This document shows, piece by piece, positions 18,707-48,716 of a DNA stretch of 64,000 nucleotides. Location: assembly GCF_009914755.1 (NCBI RefSeq), contig NC_060926.1; one strand, 5' to 3'. The position numbers and the translations under genes are program-made. The notes beneath the pieces are model-generated. The model searched no databases. It was not told where the DNA came from and worked only from the letters and a program-made list of their open reading frames with translations. Within the stretch, counting starts at the first letter, position 1. Each line of letters starts with the position of its first letter. This DNA comes from the human T2T-CHM13v2.0 reference genome, Homo sapiens.

Positions 18707-19253
18707 AGCTCTTTAATTTTCAATAAAATATCTTATTTAATATTAACATAAGTAACTTAATACTAAATATTAAATATTTAATTATTAACTTAATATTAAA
18801 TAAGATATTTAATCTTGTACTGTTTAGCACTGCAATCTCTGATATACTTTAAAAAGTGTAAAATCATTACTAATAAATTTAGAATTAACTTTTTTTGAAA
18901 GCCTGAAATACTTCTCCTATCTAATAATGTACCTTAAAAGGTCCAACTGTCAAAAGCAGAAAGAAATTGACTTTAGATTTGAGAAACAGTCACTTAAAAT
19001 ACACTGTTACAACCAACTTTGTTTAAAACGTGTTATAATTTTTATAACAGGAGATGGCATCAGCTTATGCTAAATTACTCAGTTACAGATTATCAATGAT
19101 CAATTACCAGTTTTGGTTTTGTTCTTATTCTCTGAATTATTATTAATTTCAGACCATGAAGTCCCCATCTCAGTTAACAATTGCCCTGGAATCCAAAATG
19201 GGCCAAGCCCAAAAAGCACCCTCGTGTGGCTCAAGTCAAAGACATGCAGAGTC

Positions 19254-19741
<488 letters not shown>

Positions 19742-20001
19742 TTAAATCTCCTCTATTAAATCAAACCAGCTGATCAGTGATGTGTTTGAGAGATTTTAGA
19801 AAACTATTGCTATTTGTCTGACCAATCTATTGCAGCATTTAGAAAAATACTGTAACAGGTACTAAGGAAACTGTTGTAGGAAAAAGAAAATGTAATGATA
19901 GAATTCTACCTAACTCAGCTGTAAATATACACACAAACTTAATAATAAAAACACTGACCAGAGATTCATCAAAATTGTGCTTCTTACTATGTTGGAGAAG
20001 A

Positions 20002-20077
20002 CAGGGACAATGAAGAGTTAAATTTTCAATTAACATAACAATTGATAAATTGAAAATTTAACTCTTCATTGTCCCTG
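20002..20077. repeat. Perfect 30-bp inverted repeat with a 16-nt spacer
   Basis: cagggacaatgaagagttaaattttcaatt (20002-20031) is the exact reverse complement of 20048-20077. Confidence 0.97.
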
Positions 20078-20356
20078 CTCTAAGCCTAATACACAGAAAC
20101 TACCCCGTAATTGTTATTTAGTTACTATTTCATAAAGCCTTGAACTATAACAATTGCAATCATAAGAAATCTGAAAATACTCTTCAGAACCTATGTAATC
20201 GCATCATAAAGAATGTGATTATTGCAGTAAGACTAACCAGGCTAAAAAATGAAAAAAGAAAAGAGAGAAAAGAAAAAAGCAGGTGATTACTTATATTTTT
20301 TAAAACTACAGAAACTACTTTGACATTAGATCTTATGAGAAAAGGTAGTAGCATTA

Positions 20357-20731
<375 letters not shown>

Positions 20732-21199
20732 TCATCACCACTCAGCCACAGAGTAACAAGTTTCCTAGCAGGTTTCCCAATTTCAATCTCTCCCCCTCTG
20801 CTTCATGGCTTTTCTAAAATAACAGGTCTGGTCACTTCACAGCTCTGATAGATTATTCTCTGACTCCCTACTATCTTCAGAACAAAGTCAAAACTCCTCA
20901 GCATGGCCTACAGGCCTGCCACATGGCCCCAAGCTTCCACACCAGCCTGCTGCCCCACCTTTCTCTCCTCCATCTTCCCTCTGGCCATGCCAGACTTGTA
21001 GTCAGTCTTGAACCTACTGTGCTCTCGCATACTTCTGTGTCTCTGCAAGGTTCTCTGTTTGTCTGAAACATCACCTCTTAGTGAAGCCTCCCTGATCCTA
21101 CAATGTTCCCCCTTCCCTCTGGAATCCCTGCAGCACCACGCTGACTGTACTGTGTACCCTCTCACACAGTGTGGTACTCCAGAACAGGCTCTGACACAG

Positions 21200-23070
21200 C
21201 ATTTATGGGCAAGTGATTTTTGACAAGGGTGTTGAGACCATTCAATGAGGAAAGAATCATGTTTTCAACAAGTGGTGCTGGGACAACTGGATATCAACAT
21301 GTAAAAGAATGAAGTTGGCACCCTACCTCACACCATATATAAAAATTAATTCAAAATGCACCAAAGACTTATAGGTAAGAGCTAAAACGATGAAACTTAG
21401 AAGAAAACATAGGGATAAATCATCATGACCTTGGATTTTGCAATGGCTTCTTAGATGAGACACCAAAAGCACAGCAACAAAAAGAAAAAAAATAGACAAA
21501 TGAGACTTCATCAAAATTTAAAACTTGTGGCTTCAAAAATACTATCAAGAAAGTGAAAAGACACACAGAATGGGACAACAATTTTGCAAATCATATATAT
21601 GATATAAGGGTCTTGTACCTAAAAAACATAAAGAACACCTACAATTCAACAATAAAGACAACCCAATATAAAAGTGGGCAACATATTTGAATAGCTATTT
21701 CACAAAAACAAAAACAAAAACAAAAGAAAACATATACAAATGGCCATTAGCACATGATAATATGCTTCTTATTCATGAGGGAAATGCAAATCAAAACCAC
21801 AAACTGATACCACTTCACATCCACTGGGCTGGCCAGGTAAGGAGGCTCATGCCTGTAATCTCAGCACTTTGGGAGACTAAGGCGGGAGGACTGCTTGAGC
21901 CCAGGAGTTCAAAACCAGCCTGGTCAACATTGCGAGACCCTGTCTCTACAAATTTTTTTCTTTAATTAGCCAGGCATGATGGAACACATCTGTAGTTCCA
22001 ACTACACAGGAGGCTGAAGTGGGAGGGTCACCCGAGCCCAGAAGGTTGAGGCTGCAGTGAGCTGCAACTGTGCCACTGCACTTCTACCTGGGCAATGGGA
22101 CAAGACCCTGTCTCGAAAAAAAAAAAAAAACCCACATCCACTAAGATGGCTATAGTAAAAAAGACAGACATTAAGTGCTGGCAAGGAAGTAGAGAAATTG
22201 GAAGCCTCATATACTGCTGGTGGGAATGTAAAATGGTGCAGCTTTGGAAAACAGTTTGGCAGTTCCTTGACACCTAAACATACATGTCACATGTATGGCT
22301 CACACCTATAATCCCAGCACTTTGGGAGGCCAAGGCGGGAGGATTGCCTGCACCCAGGAGTTAGAGACCAGCCTCGGCAACATAGTGAGACCCACTCTAC
22401 AAAAAATAAAGAAAAACTAGCCGGGCATGGTGGCATGCACCTGTAATCCCAACCACTCAGGTGGCTGAGGTGGGAGGATGGATTAAGCCCAGGAGATGGA
22501 GGCTGCAGTGAGCCGTGATCGTGCCAATGCACTCCAGCCAGGGCGACAGAAGGGGGTTAAAGAAGAAACAGTAAACACAGTTTCCATATGACCTAGCAAT
22601 TACAATCCTAAGTATATACCCAACAGAAATAAAAATATACTTACAAAAACATTGCACACAAATGTTTCTAGCAAAATAGGCCTAAGAGCCAAAAGGTGGA
22701 AACAACCCAAATGTTCAACTGATGAGCAGAAAAACAAAATGTGGTATTCATACAATATCATTCAGCCATAAAGGATGAAGTGCTGGTACATGCTACAAGG
22801 ATGAACCTTTACAACATTATGCTAAATGAAAGAAGCCAATCACAAAAGACTACATATTACATGATTCTACTTATATGTAATGTCCAGAACAGGCAAGCTA
22901 CAGAGAGAGAGAAGGAAAGTACATCAGTGGTTGTGCTGGAGGCCAATGGGAAGCTGGGAAGTGACAGCTAAAAGGTACAGGTTTTCTTTTTACAGTGATT
23001 ATAATGTTGGCTGCATTGCTCTGGTGATATACTAAAAACCACTGAAATGTACACTTTAAACGGATTAATT
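21200..23070 (+). mobile_element. L1MB-like 3' remnant interrupted by two AluJ (21832-22130, 22296-22555)
   Basis: L1 motifs 'gatttttgacaagggtg', 'ggtgctgggacaactggata', 'ggtgggaatgtaaaatggtgcag' and 'actgaaatgtacactttaaa'. Confidence 0.85.
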
Positions 23071-23305
23071 GTATGGTATGTGAATTATGTCTCAACAAGG
23101 AAGCCGTTACCAAAAACAAAAAACAGGCTTCGGAGCCAGGTGATATGGGTGCAAAAACCTTATTGTCCACCTAGCCTAACCTTAAGCAAGTTTCTGAAGC
23201 TGTGTGCCTTAACTCCCTCATCTGTAAAATGGGAACAGCAGTATATACCTCATGAAGGCATTTCGAAGATAAGGTGAGGAAAATGAAGGAAAGCTACAAC
23301 AGCTA

Positions 23306-23771
<466 letters not shown>

Positions 23772-23869
23772 TCAGATTTCGAAACTACAAACGGTGGATT
23801 GTGGACTTCCAGTAAAATTGAGCAAACAGAAAATGCAAAGTCAATCACGGAGCGTCTCCTAGAGATAAA

Positions 23870-24700
23870 CGTTATGCTGGACGACAAACCCACGTCAACA
23901 TCAAATGAACCCGGGGGTCGCACGCGCCCCAAAGGCGATGCTTGCCAGTTTCCGCTCCTCTTCGCCAAGCACGCTCAAGCGGTTTCGTGAACTGGGAAGA
24001 ACCCTGAAGAACGACGTCCAGTTCCCCCTCATTTTACAGACAAGAGCTCCGCGACCCAGAGAGGGAGAGGACGCGCGCAAGGTCACACAGCGGCTCCGGC
24101 GGAAGGTGGGGGCACGGCGTGAAGAGCCGGGGGCCGCGGCTTCTCGCTTCCCTCCGCCCCGACTTCTGCAGGCCCCAGGCGAGCCCCCCACTCCCGGCCC
24201 GCTCAGAGCCCCTGCTCCCGGCGTCCCAGCTCTCACCTGCCGTCCCGCTACACAGCACGGGGAGGCAGCCCACAGCGCGCACCGCGGTCGCCATGCTGGA
24301 GTCCGAGCCGCGCCTCGGCCTCCGCCCAGGGCAGCCTTGCCCACCGCCTACCGCGACTGCTCCTCGTCAAACGGCAAGCCTTGGGCCGCAGCGGAATTCC
24401 TGAGGCCCGAGTCCACGCAGCAGCGCAGGCCGGGGTGAGGGACTGTCCGGACGGGCCACACTGCAGGCGGAGCCCGGCGCGACCGCGGACAGCCCCGCGG
24501 GCGCCTCCCGTTAGGACCCGAGGGCGGGGCTTGGACTGGCGGCCGGGCGTGGGCGGGGCTAGCTGGCGCCTGCAGCGCCGGAGAGAGGGCAGGACCGGCC
24601 GGGTGGATTTGGCTGCTCGTGCAGGAGCTCTGAAGGGGTCCGCTGGCGGGGGACCCTCGGACTTACCCGAGCTGGCACTGCGGACCCCTGCGAGGTTCAT
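23870..24700 (-). promoter_or_regulatory. CpG island / MRPS5 promoter with GC boxes
   Basis: Dense CpG around the ATG; GGGCGGGG boxes near 24522 and 24551; no clear TATA box. Confidence 0.9.
24237..24294 (-). CDS. MRPS5: MRPS5 coding exon 1 (58 nt; MATAVRAVGCLPVLCSGTA, start of the mitochondrial presequence)
   Basis: agcATGG Kozak context; GCAG|gtgaga donor. Joined exons 1-10 give 931 nt of continuous frame matching MRPS5 as recalled. Confidence 0.96.
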
Positions 24701-26359
24701 AGAAGCACGGAAGGGGGCCAAGTGCAATGAGGATCCAAGGGATGAATAAGCGAGGAATGTAGAGAAAGTGTTCATCCCCAACTCCAGTAAAGCTCTGAGT
24801 TTCATTAGATTAAGCACTTAAATGACCTGCATTTCACATACACTTGTGGATTCATACTGATTCTAACGTTTGGTCACACATGCATATCTCAGCCCTGGGC
24901 CATGGTTTTTTTATTGCCTCCATACCATCTACGCCTACTCAAGTGACCCACACACCTGCAACACAGAAGGGCACAATGTCTTGTAAGAGGGTAGCCTGCT
25001 CAGATACAATGTCTTGTAAGAGGGTAGTCTGGTTTTCGAGTCTAGCATAAAAATTTTCAAACATACCGAAGAGTAAAAATACTGACAAGCTAGACTTAAC
25101 GATTATCAAGAGGAACACAGTTGTTTCATCTATTATTTTCCCATTTTCTTTGCTGAAATAGACAACTTATTTCACTCCAGGTTATTTTGATGTACACCAT
25201 TTTCAACAGGCCTTTTATATATTGAGTTGGCGAAATTAAGAGAAAAGAGATTGATTACACCTATGTGTAAAGCCAACTGCTTCAGCATAATTGGGAACAT
25301 GGTAAGACCAGCTAATTCCATGAGCAAGGACCTACTGCCACACTTCATTTGCTGTGGAGTGAGTTCCTAAGTCAGAGGCAACAGTGTGTGAAATAATTAA
25401 ACCCAAGGATAGTTGTTTTGGCAGATGCATTGTGGGCAGGAACAGCAAATCCATATCCAAAGTGTCTATTCTAGTGAGAACAATTGCTGCCCCTTCCATG
25501 GTCCAACCTACAACCAGATAGCTGGCTGAGCCCCCAGGAGTGTTGCCATATCAGGAGCTGTAGCCAGATTGTCCCTGGCGAGTGAAAGTCCACGTTGACC
25601 CCATGTGTAACCTCCATCCCTAGCCCTTTATTCATGAGTCCATTTGGCTAAGTAAAGAGGCTGACTGACATCCACTAAATGGGTTATTCTATCCACCTCA
25701 TTAAAATCCTCTGTGGAGGTCGCCCTTTGATAAGCACTCATGTGGGAAATAATTATCTTCACATTCTGGGCTGAAGTCCATCCACATACCTGTTTCCTAG
25801 ACCTCTTTGTCACCAACTTCCTAATTATGTTCCTCTCAAGTACTGACCATCCAGCCAAGTCATTAGCCACTGCTCATGAAAAAGTATAGATCTATACTTC
25901 TAACCAGGCAAAATGAACAACCAGGCACATTACTCTTATCTTCTTCCCACTGGGAGGATTTCCCTTCACCGCCGTCCTTCAGAAGCATCCCAGAGTGGGA
26001 TTGCAGTACTGCAGCTGTCCACTTTCAGGTGATACCAACAGATCATGCAGAACCATGAGTAAACCAAGCCCAAGAGTTTTCTTCTTCAGGCAACTGGTCA
26101 CAGGTAATTCCTCATGAAGCTGTGGGTAGGGGTTGAGAGAGAGAAGATCATGTAGCTTGCATGTTCAGGTCCTGCTCCAGTTCAGTTTCATATGTACCAC
26201 TTCCATTCGATGATGGAGTGTTGCTGTGCACACACAACTTTATGGCTTGGTGATCATACAACAGCCAGTTCATGATGAGCAGCTTAAACTGCATGGTAAG
26301 TTGCTGGTCAATGGTCAAGCCTCCAGACTCTGTTAAGGCCCAAAGCAAGTTTTGATTAC

Positions 26360-31059
<4,700 letters not shown>

Positions 31060-31065
<6 letters not shown>

Positions 31066-31325
31066 AGAAGAAAGAAGAAGGAAGAGGATGAGGAGGAGGA
31101 GGAGGGAGAAGAAGAAAGAAAAAGGAGGAGGAGGGAGAAGAAGAAAGAAAAAGGAGGAGGAGGAATAAGGAAGAAGAAGTAAGAAGGAGGAAGAGGAGGA
31201 GGAGGAAGAAGGAGAAAGAAGGAGGAGGGAGGAGTAGGAGAAGGAAGAAGAAGGAGGAGAAGAAGAGGGAGAAAGAGAAGGAGGAGGAAGAGGAGGAGGA
31301 GGAGGAGAAGGAAAGGTGGAAAAAG
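31060..31325 (+). repeat. Polypurine (GAA/GGA)n tract grown from an Alu tail
   Basis: About 265 bp almost entirely A/G, directly after an Alu right arm. Confidence 0.95.
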
Positions 31326-31644
31326 AGAGCCATCACAGACAGCATCAAGGACACTGAAGCTCATCTCACAACTTATTTCTCACAACTGTAGTGAAAGAAG
31401 GATCCTCCGACCCTCTCAAGGTGGGTGAGCAGTTCTCATAAGATAAATCCACTCTATCATTCTAATCTCCCCAAGCCTTTGGATCGCTTCTTCTGTAGTA
31501 TACCAAGGAAATTCTGGTATTTCAGTTTCCTCTGGTATAGGCCACTCTGGGCCTACACTTCCGTCAGTCTACGAAGAAAACTGTTGGTGACATTTTTAGC
31601 CTCTTTAGCCAAAACACTGACTCTGAAAGTTTTGCTTAGGGAGG

Positions 31645-32470
31645 AGTTTCACTTCCAGGGTGGCATGGTGAGGAGTTATGCAGACCCACTCCTCAGTGAA
31701 ATAAGCATAATTGGTGAAAACTATTAAGAAGCTTTTTAATCTCTGGAAATTGTCCTAAGGACGTGCAGCAAATGAAGAAACATTTATTCAGGAAGAGCTA
31801 CTAAAACTCAATAAGAACAAAAGAGTCCATGGCACTTGAGCTACAGTCCACTCCAACCCTCAGCACCCTCCTTCCCAGCTCAGCTTGATGAAGGCTCCAT
31901 TCTCGACAGGTGTGATGAAGAAGACAGGGCTCACCTCAGCTCCCAATCAAGGGATGTGGTGTCTCGCTGGGAAAGGCAGACCACAAGATTCTTCATCTCC
32001 TCCAACTCCTAGTTGAAGAGGCTAAATTCCTACTATGTGTGGCTGAGAGATCAGAGGCTTCCTTCCTCCAAACTGCCCCCACTTACAGGATAAGCCTGGA
32101 TCACTGGTGCACCAGGATGAGGAGATAGGGGCTCCCGTTGCCCTCATCTCAGTTCATTCATTGGACAGGGATTCCACACCAGGAGAATCAAGCCAAGAAG
32201 ATCTGAGGCTACCACCCCCACCCATTGCCTGGGAGTAGTGGCTCAGAGATGTTGCCCAGTAGGAGAGAGAGTCCACAAGACCAGAGAGCTCCAAAGCTAC
32301 CCCTCAAGGAACTGACTTTATTTAAAACAGAGTTTGGGGAAGTTCAAACCTAAGGGAACTCTTAAGAACAGTGATTTTGTTGGTCAGCAAGTAGGAGTCT
32401 GGTAACACCACTTAATTAAGCACAGCCAGCTAGGTCAGCCAGAAAGAGACACCTAAGAGGCCTCCAGGGG
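31645..32470 (+). mobile_element. Old L1M 5'-end-like remnant
   Basis: 'ttcacttccagggtggc...ctctggaaattgtcctaagg...gaaacatttattc' resembles mammalian L1 5' ends; L1 ORF2 remnants follow downstream. Confidence 0.45.
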
Positions 32471-32519
32471 TCTCTTATTTATTTATTTATAATCAAGAAT
32501 ATGTGGTTTTGGAGGAGGA

Positions 32520-33596
32520 TATCGGGGGACCTGCCCCGATAATCACGTAGGTTCTTTTCTATTTTCCTAAGCGTCGACTGGCTTGAGAAATAAAAGGGCA
32601 GAGTACAAAAGAGAAATTTTTAAGCTGGGTGTCCAGGGGAGACATCACACATTGGTAGGAGCCGTGATGCCCCACAAGCCACAAAAACCAGCAAGTTTTT
32701 ATTAGGGATTTTCAAAAGGGGAGGGAGTGTGCGAATAGGTGTGGGTGACAGACACCAAGTACTTAACAAGGTAATAGAATATCACAAGGCAAGTGGAGGC
32801 AGGGCGAGATCACAGGACCACAGGACCACAGGACCGAGGTGAAATTAAAATTGCTAATGAAGTTTCGGGCACCATTGTCATTGATAACATCTTATCAGGA
32901 GACAGGGTTTTGAGATCAACGGGTCTGAACAAAATTTATTAGGTGGGAATTTCCTCTTCCTAATAAGCCTGGGAGTGCTATGGGAGACTGGAGTTTATTT
33001 GACCTCTGCAATCTCGACCATAAGAGACAGGTATGCCCCGGGGGGGCCGGTTCAGAGACCTACCCCTAGGTGTGCATTCTCTTTCTCAGGGACGTTCCAT
33101 GCTGAGAAAAAGAATTCAGTGATATTTCTCCCATTTGCTTTTGAAAGAAGGGAAATATAGCTCTGTTCTGCCCGGCTCACCGGCAGTCAGAGTTTAAGGT
33201 TATCTCTCTTATTCCCTGAACAATTGCTGTTATCCTGTTCTTTTTTCAGGGTGCCCACATTTCATATTGCTCAAACACACATGCTGTACAATTTTTGTAG
33301 TTAATGCAATTATTACAGGGTCCTGGAACGATATACATCCTCCTCAACTGACAGGATTAAGAGATTAAAGTAAAGACAGGCATAGGAAATCACAAGGGTA
33401 TTGATTGGGGAAGTGATAAGTGTCCATGAAATCTTTATAATTTATGTTTAGAGACTGCAGTAAAGACAGGCGTTAAGAAATTACAAAAGTATTAATTTGG
33501 GGAACTAATAAATGTCCATAAAATCTTCACAATTCACGTTCTTCTGCCGTGGTTTCAGCCGGTCCCTCTGTTTGGGGTCCCTGACTTCCCGCAATA
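32520..33596 (-). mobile_element. MER11 (HERV-K HML-8) solo LTR
   Basis: Minus strand starts TATTGCGGGAAGTCAGGGACCCC and ends CCCCCGATA; 1077 bp; 6-bp TSD ggagga (32514-32519, 33597-33602). Confidence 0.92.
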
Positions 33597-33653
33597 GGAG
33601 GATAGACAGATTGACAGAACAAATTAGAAAATCCAGCAATACACAAATATGCC

Positions 33654-34150
33654 TGTTGTGTAAGGCCTAAAATTAAAGCCCAATAATATGGACTGCTGCC
33701 TTGACATCTGGTGAAATCAGGAGGGCTCCTAATGCCCTAACTGTAAGATCTACTCCCCACTCTTCCTCATGGATAAGAATCAAGCAATGCTCTATATCAA
33801 AGGGACCAGGCACAGTTTCTGCTTATCTCAGAGTAATGGGGTTCAGTTCCTGCCAGCCCACAGAATTATTCAAACAAACCGGTACCTCCTCCCACAGGAA
33901 CCAGGAGTTATCTCTCCCTCTTAATACTACAAAGCCTGTTTCCCACAGCCCTTGCTGGTTCACTCTGTTCCCAAATGCAGCCCCTATGTTGCCCAGTGGG
34001 CATGGGGTATCCTCCTCTCAGTACATGTGAGTCATAAACCACTGTGGAGCTCTTCTTTCCAGTGTCGGGTGTCAGGTGTTCAGCCATCCCCAAACCCCAG
34101 AGCTGGAATCTTCGCCTCACCAACAGAGTGAATGAGAGGGCATTAAAACA
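33654..34150 (+). mobile_element. ERVL-class solo LTR (MER73/MER74-like)
   Basis: TG...CA ends with a 5-bp TSD atgcc (33649-33653, 34151-34155). Removing it restores L1 sequence 'acacaaatatgcccaact'. Confidence 0.75.
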
Positions 34151-36540
<2,390 letters not shown>

Positions 36541-36949
36541 AAGTATATGAACTCAAAAAAGTTCAGCTGACCATGAGAATGGATATCTTATACCAAGGAC
36601 TAAAGGAATCTTTTCCCCTACCAAGAATCTTGGCCAAATTTTTTTATTGGGAGTTGATAGCCTCTCAAAAATCATAAACTTTGTGATTTTTACAAAGGTT
36701 CTTTCTGGTGGTCCCTGGATGTCCAAGCCACATCTCATCACCCTTACTCATTTGCTCAAACCAGGCCAGCAAATTAGGCCTCAGTCTTAGGGATCACCCC
36801 TATTTCTGCACCCTGGTTATTCGAACCGCTTTTTAAGGCCTCCCTCCCAGGTGTTTCCCTGGAAGGACTCGCTACCAATGCTCTGGAGAACCAGATACAG
36901 GCAGTTCAGGCCATGGTTAAGGCTCTCCAGTTCCCTAGGGCTGACCTCA

Positions 36950-39049
<2,100 letters not shown>

Positions 39050-39199
39050 TCTATTATTCTCTCCCTCTGACATTTCTGTTCACCACTGCAGCACTCTGAA
39101 TCCTGCCATTCTCCTGCTCCTAACAGGAAAAAAAAAAAAAAGAGGGAACTCACAATTGTCTTACCTAACAGAAAGTTATGGAACTTTCTGTACCTCAGA

Positions 39200-45745
<6,546 letters not shown>

Positions 45746-45825
45746 CTTGACAGTCTTAGTGTTTGTGACTTATTTGAATAATAACTGAATCATTTTCATA
45801 TTGATTTGTTTGAGGGTGTGTGCTT

Positions 45826-47380
<1,555 letters not shown>

Positions 47381-47649
47381 AGTCCTACAAAATACACTGA
47401 ATTTCTATGTAACCACACACACACACACACCCCAACCTATCCCTAAAAGATGGAACAGTGCTAATCTATATTTGAATTTGAAAAATAACTACAGTAAGCA
47501 ATATTACATTTTTCTAAAGAAATATTTAATTGGTAGTCTTCTAGAAAGAAGGCTTTTCATATAGTACAAAAACATGCAGTCGGAAGCACTGAGAAAACTG
47601 GGCAACATAAGAGAAGCATGAGATGTGACATGAAGCAGCTGATAGTCTA

Positions 47650-48716
47650 TGTAAGTCAAAAATAAAATTCTAAGCACACAACCAACTGAATCGACCCTTC
47701 CACTTGGCCAAGAGCATTCTAAAGTAAACCTGAAACACTAGCTCAGGCCATGATGGGAATGGGTGGTCAGACATACCTCATTATACCTTCCTCTCTTTGG
47801 AATTCAGGCACAGTGGACCAGCATTAACATTAAAACAGAGACCTTAAGACTGACAAAAACAGGCTCTTTGTAGCAATAAGATAACATGACAGATAACAGG
47901 CCCTGAGAGAAATCTAAGTATTTTATCCTAAAATAAATTTCTCTTAAGTCTGATAAGAAACATTTACAATCTATTCTCTCTGAAGCCTGCTACCTTCTGG
48001 CTTCATCTCACAGTAAGAACCTTGGTCTCCACAACACCTTATCTTAACCCAGACATTCCCTTCTATTGATTCCAGGTCTTTGGATAAACCCACTGCCAAT
48101 CAGAAAATCTTTGAATCCACCTATAACCCAGAAGGCCCTCCCTCTGTCCCTGTCCCTTCCCCACCAGCTTCAAGTTGTCCTGCCTTTCTCCATCGAACCA
48201 ATGTAAATCTTACATGTATTGATGTCTTACATTCCCCTAAAATGTAAAAATGCATGAAACCAAGCTGTAGCCTGACAGCACAATTGTCTCTTCCTCTCAC
48301 GTACCTTTGCCATGTTAACCATACTCGTCAGTTTGAACCCAGTGTCCTGCCCTCCAAAAATCCTTTGCACTTCCTACAAGATAAATCCTCACTCCCGTGT
48401 TTGGTAATGTCCTCTTTAGGCTGCCCCAACCTGCTGCTGCTCCTGACAAGAGCCACCTTGGGCACATGTTCTCAGGATCTCCTGGGGCTGTGTCAGACTT
48501 GTTTCTTATCAGACTTAAATCTATTTTGGCGTAAAACACTTTGATTTCTCTCAGGACTTACTGTCATGTTGTTATTGCTACAAAGAGTCTGTTTTTGTTA
48601 GTCTTAAGGTCTCTGTTTTAAGGCAAATGCTGGTCAACTGTGCCTACAGGTCACTCATATTTATCTCAGAATAAATCTCTTAAAATATTTTACCATTTGA
48701 CTTTTTCCATTGTCAT
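47650..48716 (+). mobile_element. MER4-family LTR carrying two inverted templated insertions
   Basis: Start 'tgtaagtcaaaaataaaattctaagc', end 'cagaataaatctctt...ttgtca'; LTR continuity is broken at ~48277-48453 and ~48496-48645. Confidence 0.85.

Noticed and set aside
23901-24817. Several long overlapping ORFs at the MRPS5 promoter, and similar ones at 61478-62474
   Set aside because: GC-rich islands are poor in stop codons; only the exon segments with splice and frame support were kept.
24973-25027. Short direct duplications (also 57386-57436 and 63830-63885) and a 10-bp palindrome at 17526-17547
   Set aside because: They are real but small, consistent with ordinary slippage or chance, and have no supporting context.
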